Source: a virus
Lineage: Duplodnaviria; Caudoviricetes
DNA: 42,132 bases
IMG/VR virus record: IMGVR_UViG_3300022936_000015
Coordinates: 1 to 42,132 of that record
Strand: one strand, 5' to 3'
Shown here: positions 1 through 9,211 of the stretch, one piece after another
Layout: every line of letters starts with the position of its first letter
Numbering within the stretch: position 1 is the first letter of the stretch
Program-made: the position numbers and the translations under genes
Notes under the pieces: generated by a model
Told to the model about the DNA's origin: nothing
Database searches by the model: none
The model's input: the letters and a program-made list of their open reading frames with translations, nothing else

Positions 1-117
1 GAATATTGCTTAAAGCATTAAAATTATCTACAACGTTATGGTGTATATCGTAGTTCCAAGCGTTACCAATTGAAACAGCATTGCCAGGGCTTGAATTTTT
101 AAATGTATTGTACGCGA
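1..117. repeat. Terminal overlap, left copy (circular assembly)
   Basis: 1-117 equals 42016-42132 except one base (114 G vs 42129 T). Confidence 0.97.
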
Positions 118-850
118 TTTCAACATCTTTAAATAGTCCGTAATCAGAACCGTTATCTTTATTTAATTCTCCATCTAACTGGATATTTCCGAAATTATCA
201 AAGGTGTTATTAATTAACTTTAGCCCCTTATTAATTGTCGCATCCGTACCGTTGTAAGTTACATACCTTGCATTATTTGAGAATAAAGCATAATCGCCAC
301 AATTAACAAAAGTAGAATTGTATAAATGGAAATTATTTAGTGAAAAATCAAACCTTAAAACCCTGTATGATGTGTTACTCATTTTAAGCCCATAAATTTC
401 AACTAAATCGCCTGAGCCTAATTCTACAGTTGAGTTATCGAAATTTGCAAGACCAGCATCAATGATTATGTTTACTAATTTATTTCCTGTTATATAAACC
501 TCTGAATAATTACCGCTTTTAAACCTTATCTTTTTACCCGAATAAGGAGTTAAATCCAACGTTTTACCGTTTGTTAAGGCTACTTCAATATAATCGCCTG
601 CAGGTGGCGCGAAAACTGGCTTTGTTTCAGTTGGCGGTATTACAATAGGCGGATGCGCCAAAGCATAGGCAGCCAAATATAAAGGCTTTCTTGTAGTGGC
701 ATTATTTGCGCCCTTAACCGTAATAACTATACCATCTGAATAAGTTACTGTACTTACCAATTCAGTTGATTTAACCGATGGTATTTTGATAGTTTGAGCC
801 ATCAAACCTATCGGAATAAGCAAGGCTATAAATAATATTAGTTTTTTCAT
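1..850 (-). CDS. 5' part of an origin-spanning 449-aa secreted right-handed beta-helix (pectin lyase-like) protein
   Basis: Hand translation from ATG 850: MKKLILFIALLIPIGLMAQ signal peptide, Pro-rich linker, Asn-ladder repeats. Open to base 1 and continues in frame at 42015 (850+500=1350 nt). Confidence 0.85.
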   Translation of the reverse strand, partial: MKKLILFIALLIPIGLMAQTIKIPSVKSTELVSTVTYSDGIVITVKGANNATTRKPLYLAAYALAHPPIVIPPTETKPVFAPPAGDYIEVALTNGKTLDLTPYSGKKIRFKSGNYSEVYITGNKLVNIIIDAGLANFDNSTVELGSGDLVEIYGLKMSNTSYRVLRFDFSLNNFHLYNSTFVNCGDYALFSNNARYVTYNGTDATINKGLKLINNTFDNFGNIQLDGELNKDNGSDYGLFKDVEIAYNTFKNSSPGNAVSIGNAWNYDIHHNVVDNFNALSNI

Positions 851-1311
851 TATTGTTTTATTACTAACCAGTCGATTATAATATTATTCGTTCCTAAAAT
901 TGGAACGCTCGCAAAGTTTACGGTAAATGAAGTTGAATTAATTGCGCTTACCCAAGAAGGAACAGCCGCATTTGATGATCGGGCTTGAATGTAAACCTGT
1001 AATGGGGTAAACGGCAATCCATGATTTATAACGTATGCCGTTTGCAAAGCAAGTCCACTCAAAGTATTTGAACCTTTAACTGTGTTACTGTTTCCAACAC
1101 GCTTCCATCTTCCTGTAGTTACACCTGTAACTTGAACAATAGTAAATCCATCATCCGTTTCGGTACTTGACGAATCCCATCTATACATTCCCCCGTTTCC
1201 GTCTGTTAAGGAAGAAAGTCCCATAAGCAGAACTTGCACATTCGACATTCCTGTTTGAAGTCTTAAATCTGCTAAAGTATCAAAAGATTGACTTGCTACG
1301 TTTGTACCCAT
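850..1311 (-). CDS. Tail fibre/spike-associated protein
   Basis: N-terminal 'DGNGGMYRWD...DDGFTIV...GRWKR' resembles tailspike N-terminal domains; C-terminal 'INHGLPFTP' fibre-tip-like domain. Confidence 0.6.
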   Translation of the reverse strand: MGTNVASQSFDTLADLRLQTGMSNVQVLLMGLSSLTDGNGGMYRWDSSSTETDDGFTIVQVTGVTTGRWKRVGNSNTVKGSNTLSGLALQTAYVINHGLPFTPLQVYIQARSSNAAVPSWVSAINSTSFTVNFASVPILGTNNIIIDWLVIKQ

Positions 1312-2330
1312 TATTTTATACTGATTGAATATGCTAAATTATTTGTCCCGTTTGCTGGAGCGGTTGTGTAAACTATAGTTACGTTGGTAGCATCTATAGT
1401 AACGTAACTTATGCCAGCTGCAGCGGCATTATTTGGTGTTACTATTACCGATGAAGCCGTCGTAACGCCCGAAACTCCATGAGCTATTACTATGCTTGTT
1501 GCTGAGCCTGTTCCGCTACCTGTCGCTGTGAATTGTTTCCCTACAAAAGCCGTAGTGGCAAATTTAGTTGTGCTATCTTTTGCGGTTGGTGTTGTTCCAG
1601 ATTGCTGAGCGGTCCACGTTTGAGCTAAACCTAAATACGGGATTGTTTGTCTTGTCGTTCCTGTTGGGGTGAAAAACAAAGACGTTCCATTGTATTCAAA
1701 TTCCCCAGCGGCTGCAGTCGTTTTATTTGTTCCAGATGTAAACTTTAAAGGCGCAACTGTCGTGCTTCCTGCCGCTAAAATCAAACCCGACAAAGTAGGT
1801 CCAGCGCCTAATACATTATTTCCTGTTCCTGTGTTCGCTACAGACACAATGTTTTTGCTTGCGTCTAATGCCAAAGCTGTTGATGCCGTTAATAAAGGTA
1901 AATTCAAAGCTCCGTTTAGATCGCATCTAAAAACCAAAACCCCAGCCGAATTTCTTAATTCAAAAATAGGTGCCGTTGCTTGTCCTTGCTGAACGGTTAA
2001 AGACGGATCTGTTACCGTTCCTGTTATTAAAGCTTCCGAATTTGGGGTATTATTCTGAACGTTGCCATGAATAAAAACTCCCCAATAACCAAAAACCTGT
2101 ACAGCTTTATTTGTTCCAGATTGAAAACCAGAATAACCACCATCAAAATCGTAAACACCCTTGAAGTTTGGGTTTGTATCAGCCCCGCTAAAACCAAAAG
2201 TTTTTTGGGTACCCGTTGCCCCTGCCAAAAATAAATTATCAGCGGTAAAGGTTTTTACACCTCCTACGTTTTGATTTGTTGTTAAATCAACAGCGTCAAC
2301 TTGACTTTTAGCTATTTTGGTTATTGCCAT
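1311..2330 (-). CDS. Tail fibre protein
   Basis: Thr/Gly/Ala-rich; 'QNVGGVKTF' and 'TKFATTAFV' fibre motifs. Confidence 0.75.
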   Translation of the reverse strand: MAITKIAKSQVDAVDLTTNQNVGGVKTFTADNLFLAGATGTQKTFGFSGADTNPNFKGVYDFDGGYSGFQSGTNKAVQVFGYWGVFIHGNVQNNTPNSEALITGTVTDPSLTVQQGQATAPIFELRNSAGVLVFRCDLNGALNLPLLTASTALALDASKNIVSVANTGTGNNVLGAGPTLSGLILAAGSTTVAPLKFTSGTNKTTAAAGEFEYNGTSLFFTPTGTTRQTIPYLGLAQTWTAQQSGTTPTAKDSTTKFATTAFVGKQFTATGSGTGSATSIVIAHGVSGVTTASSVIVTPNNAAAAGISYVTIDATNVTIVYTTAPANGTNNLAYSISIK

Positions 2331-2332
2331 TG

Positions 2333-3163
2333 TTATTTACGATAAGAAACAAATAATGTATCTGAAGCTAAAGGAATATTTAGCATTGTAATTGTAGAGC
2401 CTGTAATTGTATAATCGTTGCCAGAACCTACGTTTTGCAAAACTCCATTTAAATATAAATGCTCACTACCTGATACAGGTGTATTTGCTAACGTAAAAGT
2501 TGCATTTACCCCATTTTTAGTTCCAGATGGAGCTTCTTTATCTACAAAGTTTGAATTGGTTAACCCGCCACCGCCAGTGGTTAATTGGCTAAATGTAATT
2601 GCAGTAGTTCCGATCGTACCGCCATCGTTGGCTGTTGAAATCCAAAGCGTATCAGCATTAACTGTTCCTTCCTCAACAATTACAGCAGAACCTGGAATTT
2701 CAGTCCATGCATCAAAATCGGTAGCCCTTGTTAAAGCCGAACCCGAAGCAGTCCAAACGTAAATACCATTTTCAGCTGGTGCGGTTTGGTTTTTTAATAA
2801 AACACGATTACTAGCAACCAAAGTAACACCATCTAATGTAGTTCCTGGAGTTGATAAAGTTACGTTTGCCGTTGAAGCGGCTCGAACGCCAGCCTTAAAG
2901 CTAACCATTTGATTAACTCCAGCAATTAAGCCATCTACATAAGCTTTCGTAGCTGCATCTGTTGTATTTGTTGGAGTGCCTAAGTTTATGATTTTCTGAT
3001 TGCCAGAATCTAAAGAACCAGTCATTACAACTGAACCATCCTTTTTAATGAAGTTTAAGCCATCAGCTAATTTTGATGTTGCAATGGCAGCACCAGCCTT
3101 TACTTTTGCATCATCAATTGCGCCATCGGCTATTTGTGCGCCTCTAATTTGATTTGTTGCCAT
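2333..3163 (-). CDS. Virion fibre/decoration protein
   Basis: 'DAATKAYVD' and 'RVLLKNQT..ENGIY...LTRATD' motifs common in phage fibres. Confidence 0.75.
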   Translation of the reverse strand: MATNQIRGAQIADGAIDDAKVKAGAAIATSKLADGLNFIKKDGSVVMTGSLDSGNQKIINLGTPTNTTDAATKAYVDGLIAGVNQMVSFKAGVRAASTANVTLSTPGTTLDGVTLVASNRVLLKNQTAPAENGIYVWTASGSALTRATDFDAWTEIPGSAVIVEEGTVNADTLWISTANDGGTIGTTAITFSQLTTGGGGLTNSNFVDKEAPSGTKNGVNATFTLANTPVSGSEHLYLNGVLQNVGSGNDYTITGSTITMLNIPLASDTLFVSYRK

Positions 3164-3166
3164 TGT

Positions 3167-3478
3167 TTATAATTTTATGTAGTTAATTAAAATACTTTCT
3201 CCGTTTTCTGGGCTGAATGTTAAGTTTATCGTGTTATTCCCTGTAGTTGAATAGTCAGTAGTTTTTCTTTGAGTAACCCCGTTTCTTTCAACTATTAATT
3301 TTTCTGGTATAAAAGGCGATAAACTTGTGAATGTTGCGTTACTTCCATTTATTAAACCGCTTGGAATTTCTCCCATAACGATATCAGCAGCGAATAAACC
3401 GCCTCCACCTGTACTATTTTCTAATACAAGATAAATATTGGTTTCTTGCGGCTCAATTACTAAGTAAATATCATCCAT
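3167..3478 (-). CDS. Small structural protein sharing a beta domain with the C-terminus of 2333..3163
   Basis: EIPSGLINGSNATFT...NGVTQ...DY versus EAPSGTKNGVNATFT...NGVLQ...DY. Confidence 0.65.
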   Translation of the reverse strand: MDDIYLVIEPQETNIYLVLENSTGGGGLFAADIVMGEIPSGLINGSNATFTSLSPFIPEKLIVERNGVTQRKTTDYSTTGNNTINLTFSPENGESILINYIKL

Positions 3479-3839
3479 TATCGCTCACATCTTGTTCCAT
3501 TGGAATTTGGCCCTTAATAAAGGTTCTCACAAATCCGTCTGGATAGGTTATTTGTAAATCATAAGCATAATTAAATGCAGGAATACGCCACTTTAATATT
3601 TCGGTAAATCTAATCTCGTTATCAGTAATTACAATCGGTGCGCTTATTGCTGTTAGGGTGCTTTCTGTTGAATAAGTAAACACAACCTTACCTCCATTCT
3701 TTAACTGCATTAAAGCAGTACATCCCGATAAATCAACAGGCACCGCATGTTCTTCATCAGCATAGCAAAGAATACGAAACGGCTTTACACCATCACCTTT
3801 GTAGAAGTCCGAAAAGCTATATGTTTTTGGCGTGTTCAT
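3471..3839 (-). CDS. BppU-N-like baseplate/fibre adaptor
   Basis: 'KGD...PVDLSGCTALMQ...YAYDLQITYPDG...TFIKG' pattern. Confidence 0.65.
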   Translation of the reverse strand: MNTPKTYSFSDFYKGDGVKPFRILCYADEEHAVPVDLSGCTALMQLKNGGKVVFTYSTESTLTAISAPIVITDNEIRFTEILKWRIPAFNYAYDLQITYPDGFVRTFIKGQIPMEQDVSDNG

Positions 3840-6275
3840 CTATAATTCTTGGTTTAATAAGGCGTCACTTTTGCCTGTCGAATATCTGTTTCCGAACATT
3901 GATAATCTTCCTGAGCCTGTTTTCGTTATTGTTCCTGCGCTCGAACCTCCATCAGAACGGAAAACACAATTAGTAATCATGCTTAGCTGACTTGTATTTG
4001 ATGTGCATTTTATTTCGGATGCTATTAAAGACCCTGTAACGCAAACACCAATAGAGTTAACAAAATCAATAATTCCATCAAAGAAATTACAATTCGAGAA
4101 AACCTGGGCATTTGTAATATTTACCACATATAATCCTCTTAATGAATTATGATTAAAGAAGCAGTTTGCGAACCCTCCATGAGCGTTATTCGTATCTGCT
4201 GCTGGTATGGATCCGTATTTGCCACCTACATGTGCGCCTATTCTATTTTGAGTAAAATGAGAATTAGAAACAGCAATATTTCCAGAAACTACGCTAATAC
4301 CGCAAACGTTCCTTAAACAATGAACATCTGAAAATCTTGAATATTCACCTAAGTATATTGTTCTTATGCCAAAGTAGTTGTTTTCGCAAACTACACCAGT
4401 AATATTAATACCAATTGGGAAATCGCCTGTTTCAAGTAAAGTTTGACCTAACTCGATTCCCGATCTATCAAAATTAGTAATCCTTAAGTTTTTGATATCT
4501 CCACTTGCTTTTTCGCATAAAACACCAATACCCGTTCCTAAGTTTGTAGGATTTTGCTCAATATCGATCGGGTTATTAATTTTTGATGTGCTGTTTATGT
4601 CTACATTCGCACCGTTTCCGATAATCGTAAAGCCCTCTAAGCATACATTTAAACCTGTTAGCTTAATAACTACGTCAACGCCGAAACCAGCTTTTAATAT
4701 TGCGTTTTTACTCCCTTTAATAGTTTTACCCGCAGGAACATTAATTGTTGCTGTAGCCTCTATTGTTCCGTCTTTTAAAGTAATTATATTCTGAGAACCT
4801 AAAGCTTTAATAAGCTCATCGTATGTTCCTACAGCTTGCGAATCTGCTGCTTCTTGTAAGCTTTTTAATTGATCTTCAATATTTGGATTATCATTTACAA
4901 CATCCATCCAATAAGCAACACGATAAATACTCGTCTCATCGAAAACAATTGAGCCATCGCCAGTAATAAACATAGTAAAAAACTCATTTACTCCAGATGA
5001 AGATAGCTTAACCGTTCCTGCAGATGTGCTCGGATTAGTGTTGTGCAAGAAAGTATAAACCCTTTCATAGCTAGATAAATCTGGTAACGATAAATCAGCG
5101 GGCGTCCAGCTATATAATGTATTTGCCGCCACTGTTTTGGTTGCCGTATGAATTATTGAGCCATTACCCAAAGCATAATTAACAAATACAATTTCAAAAG
5201 TATCGGCTGTTGTTGATTTGAAATTAAATCTTACCAGTTTTTGTTTTGGAGTTAATAGCTGTAATCCATCCCCGAAGTAAGAAACGTTCGCCACGCCACC
5301 TGTAAAGTCGTTTATCCCGTCTTTAGGATTGATTGTTTTATAAATATCTTCTGGAGTGTATTCAGACAGGTAATCGATGTTTTTATATCCTCCAATTAAG
5401 TAGGCAGCCGTATCGACCTCAGCCCAAATATTTAATATGTAATCTGAAATGGTAGAATAAGCGTTAAGCCCTACGTTTGGAATAGTCAAAATATTCTTTC
5501 CTGCTGTAGGTTTTACTGTTGCGGCTCCTACTGGAGAATTTCTTTCTGAAATACCGATATTTAACTTAGGTTTGCTTTTAACATTTTCTGGAAGCTCGAA
5601 ATCCGCTAAAACAAAAGTGTTAACGCCAACTGTAACCGCCTTATCAACTTCCCATACTATTTGAGCATTTGCACCAATAACCTCAATAAAACAAACCTTA
5701 ACAGTCCCTGCTACTGGGGCCTTTATGTAAATCTTTCTAGCCTCAATATTTCCACCAAAGAATAAAGAACTTTCAAAATAAGTAACCGCTGGATTTAAAG
5801 GCGATGCCGTAAATGTGGTTGCCGCCCTGTCTTCTGGAACTTTTACAATGCCCCCTAAATTAGAAAAGTCTAAGTTTAAATATTCTTTTATATCATCATT
5901 TGAAACGTAAGAAGATAAATCGATTGTTATATTTTGGGTTAAAGTCCAAGTTGTACCGTTCCACGATAAAACAGCTAAAGGGAAAGTAACAACCACGTTC
6001 CCTCCTGTAGTTTGGGTATAAGTTCCTGTGCTTACCAGTGTGAATGCAGAAGTTAATCCCGTTGGATTAGGCAAAGTCAACGAGTTAACCGCAACGTAAC
6101 CGCTTGCGCCAACAGAAGCTACATAAGGAGCTAAGAAGTTAGCTAAATCTTGCGCTGTAACTTTTGTAGCTATTCCGGCTGTATTGCTTTTTACTAGCAA
6201 ATCAGCCAGAGCCAACGTTCCTGCTGGTAGGTTGGGAATAGTTGTTATATCTAAATTATTTGGATCAACTGCCAT
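3840..6275 (-). CDS. Tailspike with C-terminal beta-helix (putative depolymerase/receptor-binding protein)
   Basis: 811 aa; C-terminal ~330 aa of parallel beta-helix repeats; located in tail-tip module. Confidence 0.75.
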   Translation of the reverse strand: MAVDPNNLDITTIPNLPAGTLALADLLVKSNTAGIATKVTAQDLANFLAPYVASVGASGYVAVNSLTLPNPTGLTSAFTLVSTGTYTQTTGGNVVVTFPLAVLSWNGTTWTLTQNITIDLSSYVSNDDIKEYLNLDFSNLGGIVKVPEDRAATTFTASPLNPAVTYFESSLFFGGNIEARKIYIKAPVAGTVKVCFIEVIGANAQIVWEVDKAVTVGVNTFVLADFELPENVKSKPKLNIGISERNSPVGAATVKPTAGKNILTIPNVGLNAYSTISDYILNIWAEVDTAAYLIGGYKNIDYLSEYTPEDIYKTINPKDGINDFTGGVANVSYFGDGLQLLTPKQKLVRFNFKSTTADTFEIVFVNYALGNGSIIHTATKTVAANTLYSWTPADLSLPDLSSYERVYTFLHNTNPSTSAGTVKLSSSGVNEFFTMFITGDGSIVFDETSIYRVAYWMDVVNDNPNIEDQLKSLQEAADSQAVGTYDELIKALGSQNIITLKDGTIEATATINVPAGKTIKGSKNAILKAGFGVDVVIKLTGLNVCLEGFTIIGNGANVDINSTSKINNPIDIEQNPTNLGTGIGVLCEKASGDIKNLRITNFDRSGIELGQTLLETGDFPIGINITGVVCENNYFGIRTIYLGEYSRFSDVHCLRNVCGISVVSGNIAVSNSHFTQNRIGAHVGGKYGSIPAADTNNAHGGFANCFFNHNSLRGLYVVNITNAQVFSNCNFFDGIIDFVNSIGVCVTGSLIASEIKCTSNTSQLSMITNCVFRSDGGSSAGTITKTGSGRLSMFGNRYSTGKSDALLNQEL

Positions 6276-6808
6276 TATGAAGTTTGTATAAGTTTATTAT
6301 TTACTGACAATAATGTATTTTGTTGTGGTGTTGTAGCTAAAACTGTTTTTATAATGTTTTCCGATAAAAATGGTTCGCCTACTCCAACGAAATTAGCTGT
6401 AAATGAGTAAGGCGTTTCGTGTCCTGCGGTTTCTCTAAACGAAGAAATCCAAGCTTTACCCTCTCTTGTTACGCTGGTGTTTACATCTTCCCATTTAAGC
6501 CAAAATATCTTTTTGCTTTTCATTATATCGGCAAGTTCACTAAAATTTGCTTTTAATATCTTTTCAGAGTTTTTAAGACCAACAGCGAATCCATCCATAT
6601 CCATTCCCCATGAAATGTAACCAGGCCTTGAATTATCAAAACCGTTATCACATTTATTTCTTAAAGAAATAGCTTCAGCATCCATGTTAAACCCGTTAGA
6701 TGTTCCGCAAGCTATTGGCCTATAATTAGCCAAAGTACCCCTTGAACTCGTTAACGGAGTTAATAAGTCTACGTAAAGCAAATAATCTGTTCCGTTTAAG
6801 AAGTTCAT
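6275..6808 (-). CDS. Second tail-tube-like protein (paralogue of the major tail protein)
   Basis: RGTLANYRPIACGTSNG...NKCD...REGKAWI...YSFTANFVGVGE aligns with 11833..12300. Confidence 0.8.
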   Translation of the reverse strand: MNFLNGTDYLLYVDLLTPLTSSRGTLANYRPIACGTSNGFNMDAEAISLRNKCDNGFDNSRPGYISWGMDMDGFAVGLKNSEKILKANFSELADIMKSKKIFWLKWEDVNTSVTREGKAWISSFRETAGHETPYSFTANFVGVGEPFLSENIIKTVLATTPQQNTLLSVNNKLIQTS

Positions 6809-6828
6809 TATCCAAATATATGAAATAT

Positions 6829-6846
6829 TGTAACAAAAATATTACT
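6829..6846. promoter_or_regulatory. Operator TGTAAC-N6-ATTACT
   Basis: 8 bp upstream of minus-strand TATATTTG (6813-6820). Confidence 0.65.
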
Positions 6847-9211
6847 AAGGAATCATTTTATAAATATCAACCCCATTCGATTTATATCTTCCTGATGAAT
6901 AAGTTAATGGCAATAAATCATCTGGCGCACCGTTAATCGTTGCGATAACATTTACAGCATTCGAGGTTGAATCTATTTTTATTACCTCAACAGTTCTATT
7001 CATTAGATTTGTAGGACTTGGTAAAGTAATATTTACAGCTCCAGCACTAGCATCAACATAAACCGTAACCATGCCATTGCTACCGAAATTAGCTGGTAAA
7101 ATGGTATAATTAGCCGACTTGTTTAATGTATTTTCTAGCGCGCTTAAATTAGCTTGCGTTAAAACGTTAGATCCATTCTGTTTAAGTGTACCTGTAAAAT
7201 CCCAATCTCCGCTTATTGTAGCGTTTTCATCTTTTTGAGGATAATTACCTAATGTTATTGATGAAGTTCCCGAACCTGGCGCATTAACACCCGATGGAAC
7301 CCCAACCGAAACGCCTGTTTTATCTTTTTCTGTTCCGTAATCTTCTTTTATTTCTGTTGTATGTGGAATATCTGCGGTTAATGTTTCGGCAAATCTTAAA
7401 GTTGGAATAGACCTTTTTAAATCGAAACTTCCCGATAAAAAAATATAATTCCCAGGCAATAAATCAATAGTCAATAAAGTATTTATATCAACGCTACCAA
7501 ATCCAATAAAATCAGCTTCAAATATTCTATATGGCTTGCCGTGTAGTCTTAATTCCGTATTCGCTACTATTTCAAGCAAAGAAGATGCTTCTGTAATCCC
7601 AGCCCTAGCCCAACTAAATGAGGCAGTAAAAGGCGGAACAGCCCCAATACTTATTTGAGAGGTTCTTTTATCGTTCGTATCATCCCCATGTAAAAGTAAT
7701 ATTGGATCAGGCGAAAACGTCTGAGCAGCTAAAGATTTTTGTCTGTTAAATAATCCAACAGGCGGCTTTGTCTGATCTGAATTTACCGCGGGAACGATAT
7801 TTACGTTATTTATTGATGTTGGATAATCGGCTGGTCCTGCTTCCTGTAAGGATTGAACGCCAAAATATAAATCGTAATCAGAATTTCTTGCGTTTACTTT
7901 AAAATTAACACCCACTTGATTTGGACCAAAATCTCCGCTTCTATACCTAATAACGTAAAATTGAAATCCTGGCTGCCACCCGTTATTATTGGTAAAGTAA
8001 TTTCCCGCTCCATCGGTAATTAAAACGCCTAAATATAAAAACACTAAAGCGGCACCACCTGGCGCACTAGGCACAAGCACATCAAAACTAACTGTTGTTG
8101 TTTCTTGCGCCCTAACTAAAACAGGTGCAGAATTATATAAATACCCACTTGCTCCAGATGAATCAATAATTACATAATGGTCGTTTGTTGGATTGCCCTT
8201 TTGATCTAACCTTGTTTCGGTGTGTGCTGTTGCCCCATTTTGAACAGACCAATTATCGGGAAGCCCGACAGGATTAGTAGTCCATACGTCCATATTAGCG
8301 TTATCCAAAGCATTTGCGCCATACCCATATTGATAATATGCCGTAGACGATGAAAAGGCTTTAGCAAATGAATTATTACCTACAGGAGATAAAACCCTGT
8401 TTGTTCCGCCAACTGTCAATGCGCTTCCTATTGTTGTTGTGCCAACTAATATCGCGCCTTGATCGTATTCAAAAGCAGGAACAACGCCACTAGAAAGTTC
8501 TAAAACATTTATAATCTGCCAGTAACCGTTAAATTGGTGTATTCTGCTTGAATATCTAGCCAATACCGACCTTATTACTTCGTGGCAACTAAAAGCATTA
8601 CCATCGTTATCAATGAATCTATCGCAGTTAATAAAAGACTGCCTTAAAGGCGAATCAGTCGTTACCATTTGCGCTTCAAAAGTATTAACCCCAACTATGA
8701 AAGGTAAACTTAAACCCGTTTTTAATAAAGCCTGTCTTAATACCTCTAAATCAGAAATAAAGCCTTTATACTTCGTTCCATCCGATTGTAAGAAAGGAAT
8801 GTCTTTAAGCGTTCCTAAAGCATCGGTTGCAGAAATTGATACATCGTACGGCTTAGACTTATAAGGCTCACTACAAGCATCAGGAATTAACCACCCCTGC
8901 CAAACCCATCCACCCGATAATACTACTAACCATTCACGTTCGTCGGCTGTATATAAAGAAGATAATTCAAACGTTCCAATTGCTTTTATATTTACATCGC
9001 AACTCGAGCCATTAACACCCTCTAATTTATACTCGCCTTTATTGGCATAAGTCACAACGACAGGCGCATCGTTTTCCCCTGCAAATTGAATCGGTATAAT
9101 AGCAGGAACAGGTAATGAGCTATCCATTCGCTGTTTAAACTCAATAAAAATATCGTTTCCTTGCTTATCGCAGAAATCCCCTTTATATATCGTATTGTAA
9201 ACGTTTGCCAT
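6845..9211 (-). CDS. Tail tip/baseplate hub protein with fibre-like C-terminus
   Basis: 788 aa directly after tape measure; 'WQGWLIPD...EPY...SATDALGTLKD' motif. Confidence 0.7.
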   Translation of the reverse strand: MANVYNTIYKGDFCDKQGNDIFIEFKQRMDSSLPVPAIIPIQFAGENDAPVVVTYANKGEYKLEGVNGSSCDVNIKAIGTFELSSLYTADEREWLVVLSGGWVWQGWLIPDACSEPYKSKPYDVSISATDALGTLKDIPFLQSDGTKYKGFISDLEVLRQALLKTGLSLPFIVGVNTFEAQMVTTDSPLRQSFINCDRFIDNDGNAFSCHEVIRSVLARYSSRIHQFNGYWQIINVLELSSGVVPAFEYDQGAILVGTTTIGSALTVGGTNRVLSPVGNNSFAKAFSSSTAYYQYGYGANALDNANMDVWTTNPVGLPDNWSVQNGATAHTETRLDQKGNPTNDHYVIIDSSGASGYLYNSAPVLVRAQETTTVSFDVLVPSAPGGAALVFLYLGVLITDGAGNYFTNNNGWQPGFQFYVIRYRSGDFGPNQVGVNFKVNARNSDYDLYFGVQSLQEAGPADYPTSINNVNIVPAVNSDQTKPPVGLFNRQKSLAAQTFSPDPILLLHGDDTNDKRTSQISIGAVPPFTASFSWARAGITEASSLLEIVANTELRLHGKPYRIFEADFIGFGSVDINTLLTIDLLPGNYIFLSGSFDLKRSIPTLRFAETLTADIPHTTEIKEDYGTEKDKTGVSVGVPSGVNAPGSGTSSITLGNYPQKDENATISGDWDFTGTLKQNGSNVLTQANLSALENTLNKSANYTILPANFGSNGMVTVYVDASAGAVNITLPSPTNLMNRTVEVIKIDSTSNAVNVIATINGAPDDLLPLTYSSGRYKSNGVDIYKMIP

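Noticed and set aside
850-9211. Diversity-generating retroelement or invertible fibre cassette
   Set aside because: No reverse transcriptase, recombinase, template/variable repeat pair or flanking inverted repeats seen.
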